Source: Candidatus Poribacteria bacterium (GTDB taxonomy: Bacteria > Poribacteria > WGA-4E > GCA-2687025). Taken from it: a stretch of DNA of 64,000 nucleotides. Shown here piece by piece: positions 57,642 through 64,000 of this stretch. The stretch is taken from assembly GCA_963665845.2 (NCBI GenBank), contig OY762492.1, positions 3,685,672-3,749,671 on the forward strand. The letters are read 5' to 3'. A program made the translations under genes and the position numbers. The notes under the pieces are model-generated. The model was not told the DNA's origin and did no database searches. It worked only from the letters and a program-made list of their open reading frames with translations. Numbering within the stretch: the stretch's first letter is position 1; every line of letters starts with the position of its first letter.

Positions 57642-58787
57642 TCAACCGCGCTTCAAAACGACGATGCGGTTGCTGTTCGTCCCCTTGCGGTTGTTGGAGA
57701 CGCCCCAGCAGTTTGCCGTCTTGGTGAACCGCTGCGCGTTGATGAGCAGGCGGGACGGCGACAACCCGCCCTCCAGCGCCGCGCGGACGACCGCCTCCTC
57801 CAGCAAAACGGAGCCGCCGCGCACCTCCCCCACCTCAAACGCGACCAGCCCGTCCGCCTTCAGCGTCCGCCGAAGCTCCGCAAACACGCCGACCATCCGC
57901 GCCGTCCAGTCCGACAGCGAACGCAGCTGCCAAACCGACCCGTCCGACGGCGGCTCCAAACCGCAAAACCACATCCGAAGCCAGTTGTCGCGCATATAAT
58001 CGACCGTGTCCAAAAACGGCGGCGAGGTTACGACCAGATCGACCGATTCGTCCGGCAACTGCGGCGACGAGTCCGCCGAGCCTGTCAACAGAAGCGCGTC
58101 TCCGCGGCGGTAATGCGGCGGCAGCGGGCGGCGCAGCAGCGCCTTCGACTTGCGCAGAATCAGCGCCCGCGTGTCCCGATATTCAGGCGTCTGTTCGCGC
58201 CGCGCGTTGATTTTCCGTTGAGACGCGGGCGACGCGGCAAGGTTCGGCGGCAGCGTATAAACCGAAAAGAAGCCGGGAGAATGCCCCGTCAAACGCCCGC
58301 ACGCGACCATCTGAATCCAAGCGTCCGCGGCGTCCAGCTCTCCGCGCCGAAAATAAGCGCGCCAGCCGTAAATCTCGCGCAGCGTCTCCTCATGAAAAAA
58401 CGCGAGCAGGTCCTCATGCAGCGCGGCGTCCTTTTCCGCGTCCGACGGCAGCTCCGCCTGTTTCAACCGCTCTTGGATCTCCGACAGCGCCGGCGGGTTC
58501 AAGCGCGGCGCCGCCAGAACCTTGCATAACGGGTTCGCATCGTTCCCGACGGCGCGGCATCGATGCAGCTGCGCCTCGATGAGCGTCGTCCCGCGCCCCA
58601 TGAACGGGTCGTACACCGTCCCGCCCGACGCGCCATGCCGGCGGATAAAATAGGCGGGCAGCTGCGGCTTGAAACATGCCCTGTATGAAACCTCATGGAT
58701 CGGATGTCCGGCGCGCTGTTTCGCCGTCCAGAATTCGCCCGTCTCGGTCGGCAGGTTGTTTTGTTTGATTTCAAAGAGGCGCTGCAT
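57642..58787 (-). CDS. DNA methyltransferase with motif I before SPPF motif IV (possible N4-cytosine specificity)
   Basis: FWTAKQRAGHPIHEVSYRACFKPQLPAYFI…VYDPFMGRGTTLIEA (motif I) and DLVVTSPPFLDTVDY (motif IV). Confidence 0.7.
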   Translation of the reverse strand: MQRLFEIKQNNLPTETGEFWTAKQRAGHPIHEVSYRACFKPQLPAYFIRRHGASGGTVYDPFMGRGTTLIEAQLHRCRAVGNDANPLCKVLAAPRLNPPALSEIQERLKQAELPSDAEKDAALHEDLLAFFHEETLREIYGWRAYFRRGELDAADAWIQMVACGRLTGHSPGFFSVYTLPPNLAASPASQRKINARREQTPEYRDTRALILRKSKALLRRPLPPHYRRGDALLLTGSADSSPQLPDESVDLVVTSPPFLDTVDYMRDNWLRMWFCGLEPPSDGSVWQLRSLSDWTARMVGVFAELRRTLKADGLVAFEVGEVRGGSVLLEEAVVRAALEGGLSPSRLLINAQRFTKTANCWGVSNNRKGTNSNRIVVLKRG

Positions 58788-58811
58788 GTTCTCTTTCCGT
58801 TCTTTTCTGCT

Positions 58812-59540
58812 TTAACCAAAAGCGGCGCGCCAAACCGACGCCGCCGCCTCGGCGACCTCCGCGGGACGCTCATGCGGCAGATAATGCCCCGCGCCGCGAA
58901 TCCACTCCCATCGGATATGCGGGTTCGGCGGGACGCGCAGCGTCTCCCGCGTCGATGCGTTCCGCCCCATGTCTCCGTACGCCTCCAGAATCGGTATGTC
59001 CGCATTCTGGAGATAATCATACCCGTCGAACGCTTGTACCGATCTCCAAAAGCGTTTCCATATTTCCGGTTGAAACCGCCGGCGCGTCTCTTGAGATTTG
59101 CGCTGTATTTCGGCGACGGCGCTTTCGTCCAGCGTACCGTAAAACCGCCCCTCGTCAAATGCGGAGCCTGCCGCGCTCAAGCTTGTCCATCCTTCAAACA
59201 GAGCCAGCCCGCGCGCGCGTTTGGAACGGCGCGCCGCTTCGATGGCAACCATCCCGCCGAGGCTGTGTCCGGCGAGGACAAACTCTTCAATGCCAAGCAG
59301 GTCGGCGAGGCGGAGGGCGTCCTTTGCCAGGTCGGCTAAGGCGAACGGCGACGTCGGAACGGCGCTATTTCCATGACCGCGAAAATCCAGCGCGACGCAG
59401 CGGACAGACGGCGGCAGCCTCTCCATAACAGCCGTCCAGTCGGACGCTTCGCAGCCCGTCCCATGCAGAAACAGCAAGGCGGCGCCGGTCCCGCCTGTGT
59501 CTATATAAGACGTATCGCCGAACGCGGCGCGCCGTATCAC
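58812..59540 (-). CDS. alpha/beta-fold hydrolase
   Basis: LLFLHGTGC, nucleophile elbow AGHSLGG and C-terminal GAGHYLPHERP. The GTG start overlaps the upstream stop (GTGA). Confidence 0.8.
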   Translation of the reverse strand: MIRRAAFGDTSYIDTGGTGAALLFLHGTGCEASDWTAVMERLPPSVRCVALDFRGHGNSAVPTSPFALADLAKDALRLADLLGIEEFVLAGHSLGGMVAIEAARRSKRARGLALFEGWTSLSAAGSAFDEGRFYGTLDESAVAEIQRKSQETRRRFQPEIWKRFWRSVQAFDGYDYLQNADIPILEAYGDMGRNASTRETLRVPPNPHIRWEWIRGAGHYLPHERPAEVAEAAASVWRAAFG

Positions 59541-60805
59541 CGCGCCGAACGTTCATGGATTGCCTCTGCCTGCGCGTTCACCTGCCGCATGCGCTCCGTC
59601 AGAACCTCCCATGGCTCGTCTTTGATGTTGACGACGCCGTAGTTGCCGTTCTCGCCGTCGAAGCGCCCTTCCGCCGGTTCGTCCGCATGCTCAAACCAGT
59701 GGTATCCGACAACATACGGCAGCCGCATCAGCGCTTTCACATACCGCTCGAATCCGTCGGCGCGGTCGTTCTGCGTCGGGACAGGGTCGCCGGCGCCGCG
59801 CGTGTTCGGCAAGCCCGAATCGACCGCCTTGAACGAAAACTCGGTCAGCATGAGCGGCGCGCCCGTCATCTCATAAATGCGCTCCAGCGTCTCAACGGGC
59901 GGCGCGTTTCCGTAATGGTTGTAGGAGACGACATCCACATAACCGCGCATGCTCTCGATCACTTCGGGCATCGCGTATCCGCCGTGCCGGCAGCCGATGA
60001 TGGCGTGATTCGGGTCATATTTGCGGATCGCTTCAGCGGCGGTTCGATAATAGGTTTGGGCGGTCAAACGCAGAAAAGCCGATTCCACCTTGGCGAGGCT
60101 GTCCGAGCTGGCGACCGAGTCGAGCGAGCCGAGAGCGTCAACCTTCTCCCAGCTTTCAAAGGAGGTTGCCCATGCGCCGTTCAGCGCCTCCAGCGATCCG
60201 CCGTAATGTTCGCGCGTGAAGTTGAGAACGGTCTGGCGCCCGGCGGCTTCCGCAGGCAATTCCCAAAACGAACGGAAAAGCGTCTTCGGCGAGCGCCAGT
60301 CCGGCCCCCAGCGCAGTTCGTTGTCGGTGAAGTATCCAAGCAGGTTCGGATCGTCTTTGAGCGGGGCGCAGATCTCTTGGGCGCGTTTCTCCACCTTGCC
60401 GCGAAAATCGGGCGCGAAGACATCGGGGAAACGCCCCGTCCGCCAGTCGCCGCCCGTTTGAAAGACGATGTCGATGATCGGCGCATAGGCGATGCCGCGG
60501 ACGCGCGTTTCAGGGTTTGACCAGGCGCCGGCGGTGTTGAACCCCCAGCCCTGCAGCCGTTCGACCGCCGCGTCCGCCCATGCGTCTATGGCGCCGTATT
60601 TCGCTTCCGCGTTTTTTTGGTACGGCGAATAGCCGAGGGCGGGCGCATGGTCGGCGAGGTAGGAGATATGGTTGATGCCCTTGCTGATGAATCGCTCTCC
60701 GTCAGGGTCAAGCCACCACCAGACGCCGTCGATCTGCTGGACGCGGTAGAAGTTTGAGCCGTCGGCGGCGGCGGGAAGCAGGGAGGCGAGAAGCAGTATC
60801 GCCAT
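59537..60805 (-). CDS. secreted glycoside hydrolase, clan GH-A-like (beta/alpha)8 barrel
   Basis: Short signal. Motifs DGVWWWLDPDGERFISKGINH, candidate acid/base YFTDNELRWG and candidate nucleophile LMLTEFSF. The GH family is not assignable by eye. Confidence 0.5.
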   Translation of the reverse strand: MAILLLASLLPAAADGSNFYRVQQIDGVWWWLDPDGERFISKGINHISYLADHAPALGYSPYQKNAEAKYGAIDAWADAAVERLQGWGFNTAGAWSNPETRVRGIAYAPIIDIVFQTGGDWRTGRFPDVFAPDFRGKVEKRAQEICAPLKDDPNLLGYFTDNELRWGPDWRSPKTLFRSFWELPAEAAGRQTVLNFTREHYGGSLEALNGAWATSFESWEKVDALGSLDSVASSDSLAKVESAFLRLTAQTYYRTAAEAIRKYDPNHAIIGCRHGGYAMPEVIESMRGYVDVVSYNHYGNAPPVETLERIYEMTGAPLMLTEFSFKAVDSGLPNTRGAGDPVPTQNDRADGFERYVKALMRLPYVVGYHWFEHADEPAEGRFDGENGNYGVVNIKDEPWEVLTERMRQVNAQAEAIHERSAR

Positions 60806-60868
60806 AGCGGTTCCTTTCAGGTTGCAGGTTCGGAAGATGTGTCTTTTAAGATTTCCGCGCCCCTTTCT

Positions 60869-60997
60869 GTCATTCCCGTGAAAACGGGAATCTTAGGCGC
60901 CCGTCTAAAACCCCCCTAGCCCCCCTTTTCAAGGGGGGAATCGGATGCCGCGCCCGTCTAAAACCCCCCTAGCCCCCTTTTCAAGGGGGGAATCGGA
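60869..60997 (+). repeat. ATTCCCGTGAAAACGGGAAT hairpin followed by two tandem G/C hairpin units
   Basis: CGCCCGTCTAAAACCCCCCTAGCCCCCCTTTTCAAGGGGGGAATCGGA occurs twice. Confidence 0.9.
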
Positions 60998-61034
60998 CGC
61001 GGCGCGCTTGCATTCTTCGCAGTGAAAACATACC

Positions 61035-61874
61035 ATGCGCCTCATGTTAGCGTTTCAATTGACAGCAGCCGCCCAGACCCCCGACCCTGTCTCATCCGGC
61101 GGCGAGATTCACCCCGCGCTGTACGCCGCCGCGGCTGTACTGTTTGCCGCTGTTCTCGGCGCCGCGTCGATACGCATTATACGCGATTACGAGCGGGCTG
61201 TCGTCTTTCGCCTTGGGCGCGTTATCGGCGCGAAGGGGCCGGGGCTTGTCCTGCTGATCCCGCTCATCGACCGCATGCGCAAGATTTCGCTGCGCGTTCA
61301 AACCTACGATGTGGCGCCGCAGGACATCGTCACAAGCGACACCGTTTCGGTGAAGGTGAACGGCGTTCTGCTGTTTCGCGTCGCCGATCCTGTCAAAGCG
61401 GCGGTGGAAGCGGCGGACTTTGTGGAAGCGACGGGTCTGCTGGCGCAGACGACGCTGCGCGCCGTGTTGAGCGGGGCGGAATTGGATGAGCTGCTTGCGG
61501 AGAGAGCGAGCCTAAACGAACAGCTGAAATCGGCGCTGGAGGATCAGACCGCCGCCTGGGGCGTTGAGGCGCTCTCGATGGAGGTGAAGCATGTTGACCT
61601 GCCGGAAGGCATGCGGCGCGCGATGGCGAAACAGGCGGAAGCGGACCGCGAGCGTCAAGCGAAGATCGTCTCGGCGGAGGGGGAATACGAGGCGGCGGAG
61701 ACGCTGCTTCAAGCCTCCCGCATCTTGAAAGATCACCCGCAGAGCCTGCAGCTGCGCTATTTTCAGACGCTGGTAGAGGTTGCGGCGGAGGAGCGGTCGC
61801 GGCTTCTGTTCCCGCTTCCGATCGATCTGATGGAGCCGTTTCGGGCGGCTTTTGAGCCTGATTCGGAAGAATGA
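61035..61874 (+). CDS. SPFH/band-7 (stomatin-like) protein
   Basis: IRIIRDYERAVVFRLGR…GPGLVLLIP.ID…, …VKHVDLPEGMRRAMAKQAEADRERQAKI and YFQTL. Confidence 0.9.
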   Translation: MRLMLAFQLTAAAQTPDPVSSGGEIHPALYAAAAVLFAAVLGAASIRIIRDYERAVVFRLGRVIGAKGPGLVLLIPLIDRMRKISLRVQTYDVAPQDIVTSDTVSVKVNGVLLFRVADPVKAAVEAADFVEATGLLAQTTLRAVLSGAELDELLAERASLNEQLKSALEDQTAAWGVEALSMEVKHVDLPEGMRRAMAKQAEADRERQAKIVSAEGEYEAAETLLQASRILKDHPQSLQLRYFQTLVEVAAEERSRLLFPLPIDLMEPFRAAFEPDSEE

Positions 61875-63658
61875 ACGGCGTTTTTAACCGAAAAAAGCTG
61901 GACATCGCGCGCCTTTTTAATCGAAAAAACCTGGCGCCAGCATGCCTTCTGCTAGCTGGAGTCGCCGCGTTTATCTGGAAGATGCGCATCGCCGGACCCA
62001 TCGAATATGTCGGGCATGCGGACGCCTCCGGCTATGCCGAGATGGCCGACTCGATCTTGAAGGGGCGCGGGCTGGAGGTGGACTACATCTCATGGTATTT
62101 CCGCAAATACGAAAACATTGAGCGTCCTGAAGACCATTGGCCCCCGTTCTATTCGTTTCTGATACTCCCGTTTTTTCTGTTCATGGGAAAGACGGCGATC
62201 GCCGCGAAGCTCCCATCCATACTGATCTCCTGCTTTGCGTTTCCGTTGACGGTTTATGCGTTGACGCGGCGCCTTGCGCGGTCGCGGGCGGCGGCGTTTG
62301 CCGCCGGCATGACGATCCTTTTTTATACGCCGATGTTCGGCTGGTCGCTGCGCTGCCTGTCCGATGTGACCTTCGGGTGGCTCATCGCCGCCGCCGTTCT
62401 CGCTTTTTTAAAAGGAGAGGAGGAGCCGCGCTGGTACTGGACGGCGGGCGCGCTGCTCGCCGGCGCCTATTACGCGAAGGGGTCGACCATCGCGCTGCTG
62501 CCCGCGTTCGCTCTTTACTACCTGCTATGGCGGCTCCTGCGGAAACCTGAACGGAAATGGATTCCGCATGACCGCGGCGCCGCCATCGGGATGGCAATTT
62601 TTATCGCGCTGCTGTCGCCATGGGCGATTCGCAACATGATTCATTTTGGGCAGCCGCTCTATTCAACGCAGAACCATGCCGCGGGCTACATCGGCTGGAA
62701 GGCGTGGGAGGACGGGACATACGATCTATACTGGGGCGAAAAGGAGCCGCCCTCCGTTACGGATAAGTTCAAAGACCGCGAACGTCTTTTTGAAAAAAGC
62801 GGCGAGTTTTTTCAACGCCATTTTTGGTGGGTTTTCATGAATATCCATAAAAAATGGGGCGAGTTTGATACAAGCGATCTGTCCACCTATGCGGTCGGTT
62901 TTCTGGCGCTGTTCGGCATGCTTTTTTGGGTACTGTCGGCGGGTCTTGCGGCGGCGCGCCGTTTGAGGCGGGGAAAGGCGAAAGGCAATGCTCTGGACGG
63001 CATGGCGGCATGGACGAAGCCGTTTCGTCCGCTTCCGTTCGTTCTTTTCTTTTTCGTGTCGATGGCGCACATCGCCTTTCTGTCGATCTGCTGGCAGCCG
63101 ATTAGCCGTCTCATGACGCCGGTCATCGCGCTTGCCGTCGCGTTTGGGTATGCGTTTCTGTTCAATGTTGTGGAGCGCGCGATGGAATCGCTTCGGCATC
63201 GCCGGCGGATTGCGGCGGGGGCGGCGCTGGCGCTGCTGGCGATCTGGGGCGCGCATGAAGCGGGCGATCTGAAAAACGCGCGCGAGAAAGCGGGCTACCC
63301 CTGGCGCGAATCGAGCCGAGGGTGGATGGAGGTCGGGCGGTGGATACAAGAGAACGCCCCCGGCTCCATCGCCATGACGCGCAACCCGTGGGAGCTGCAT
63401 TTCTACTCTGAAGAAAAAGCGGTGCAGATACCGCTCGCGCCGCTTGACCGTATCATCGAAGTCGGCAAATATTACGGCGCGACGCATCTCATACCGGAAC
63501 AACGGCGCCCGACCTTAGCGCCATGGTTGAGCGGCGAGATACCAGGCTTGACAAAACTAACCGAAGCGCACGGCGTGGAACTGTACGAGATCGACTATGA
63601 GGCTCTGCCTGAAACGTTGCCTGAACCTGCCGAATCGGATAATATGGACGCTCCATAA
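61871..63658 (+). CDS. polytopic GT-C-type glycosyltransferase (ArnT/PMT, GT39/GT83-like)
   Basis: ~12 TM helices with an early loop (DASGYAEMADSILKGRGL), as in ArnT/PMT-like enzymes, and a soluble C-terminal domain. ATGA overlap with the SPFH gene. Confidence 0.5.
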   Translation: MNGVFNRKKLDIARLFNRKNLAPACLLLAGVAAFIWKMRIAGPIEYVGHADASGYAEMADSILKGRGLEVDYISWYFRKYENIERPEDHWPPFYSFLILPFFLFMGKTAIAAKLPSILISCFAFPLTVYALTRRLARSRAAAFAAGMTILFYTPMFGWSLRCLSDVTFGWLIAAAVLAFLKGEEEPRWYWTAGALLAGAYYAKGSTIALLPAFALYYLLWRLLRKPERKWIPHDRGAAIGMAIFIALLSPWAIRNMIHFGQPLYSTQNHAAGYIGWKAWEDGTYDLYWGEKEPPSVTDKFKDRERLFEKSGEFFQRHFWWVFMNIHKKWGEFDTSDLSTYAVGFLALFGMLFWVLSAGLAAARRLRRGKAKGNALDGMAAWTKPFRPLPFVLFFFVSMAHIAFLSICWQPISRLMTPVIALAVAFGYAFLFNVVERAMESLRHRRRIAAGAALALLAIWGAHEAGDLKNAREKAGYPWRESSRGWMEVGRWIQENAPGSIAMTRNPWELHFYSEEKAVQIPLAPLDRIIEVGKYYGATHLIPEQRRPTLAPWLSGEIPGLTKLTEAHGVELYEIDYEALPETLPEPAESDNMDAP

Positions 63659-63675
63659 GCGAGTATGAAAGGCTA

Positions 63676-64000
63676 ATGATGAAACTGGTCAGCGTAAAAG
63701 AGAACGGGTCGATTCGCCTCGGCATCGACATGGACGGAAAATATGCGGACGCCGCGGCAACTTATGAGCGTCTGTTGAAGGAGAAGCCGCCGCGTTATCT
63801 GCGCCGCATGGACATTTTTTTGAAGCATGGCGACCGCGCGATGGACGCCGCCCGGCGCGTTGAGGAGGCGGCCCGTCAACATCCCGACGGCGCCGTATGG
63901 ACGGACGGCTCGCTCGCGGCGCCTGTTCATAACCCGCCGAAGCTGCTTTGTCTGGCGGGAAACTACGCGGAGCATATACGGGAAGGCGGCGGCGACGCTC
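63676..64000 (+). CDS. fumarylacetoacetate hydrolase (FAH) family protein, N-terminal part (runs off the window)
   Basis: Own translation from the ATG at 63676 gives MMKLVSVKENGSIRLGIDMDG…APVHNPPKLLCLAGNYAEHIREGG. The KLLCLAGNYAEH block is typical of FAH-family hydratases/isomerases. Confidence 0.55.
   Translation, partial: MMKLVSVKENGSIRLGIDMDGKYADAAATYERLLKEKPPRYLRRMDIFLKHGDRAMDAARRVEEAARQHPDGAVWTDGSLAAPVHNPPKLLCLAGNYAEHIREGGGDA

Overview
High-GC (~60-65%) bacterial chromosomal segment. Its gene content (Tat-signal sulfatase, secreted WD40, LamG, HEAT, ankyrin and VWA proteins) is typical of an environmental, PVC-like or similar lineage, but I cannot assign a taxon. About 50 protein genes can be supported. 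Housekeeping genes include rplM-rpsI-purA-tRNA-Lys(UUU), cca, ftsEX, an HU-like protein, an S41 Ctp peptidase, an M23 peptidase and cysK. Metabolic and transport genes include a ManD-like dehydratase, an acyl-CoA synthetase, a GltB-like FMN protein, two PhyH-type dioxygenases, an ABC ATPase with a binding protein, FucU and an MFS transporter. Almost every intergenic gap carries a modular repeat family built around ATTCCCG-N-CGGGAAT hairpins. Five accessory features stand out. (1) A 1.54-kb IS110-family element sits exactly inside one such hairpin, and its 5' non-coding end has loops matching both the target and the IS ends, as in bridge RNAs. (2) A solitary ~1,012-codon fused N6-adenine methyltransferase, probably Type IIG-like, is split by a G12 homopolymer. 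(3) An island holds three DNA methyltransferases, one fused to an HNH nuclease, plus a stand-alone HNH paralog and a low-GC repeat-protein gene. No recognisable restriction endonuclease accompanies them apart from the HNH modules. (4) An ECF sigma ORF reads in frame into a membrane-anchored protein, and a frameshifted paralog of that protein's C-terminal domain lies next door. (5) Two secreted ~14-blade WD40 genes lie in tandem. All functional calls come from motif recognition by eye. No database search was possible.
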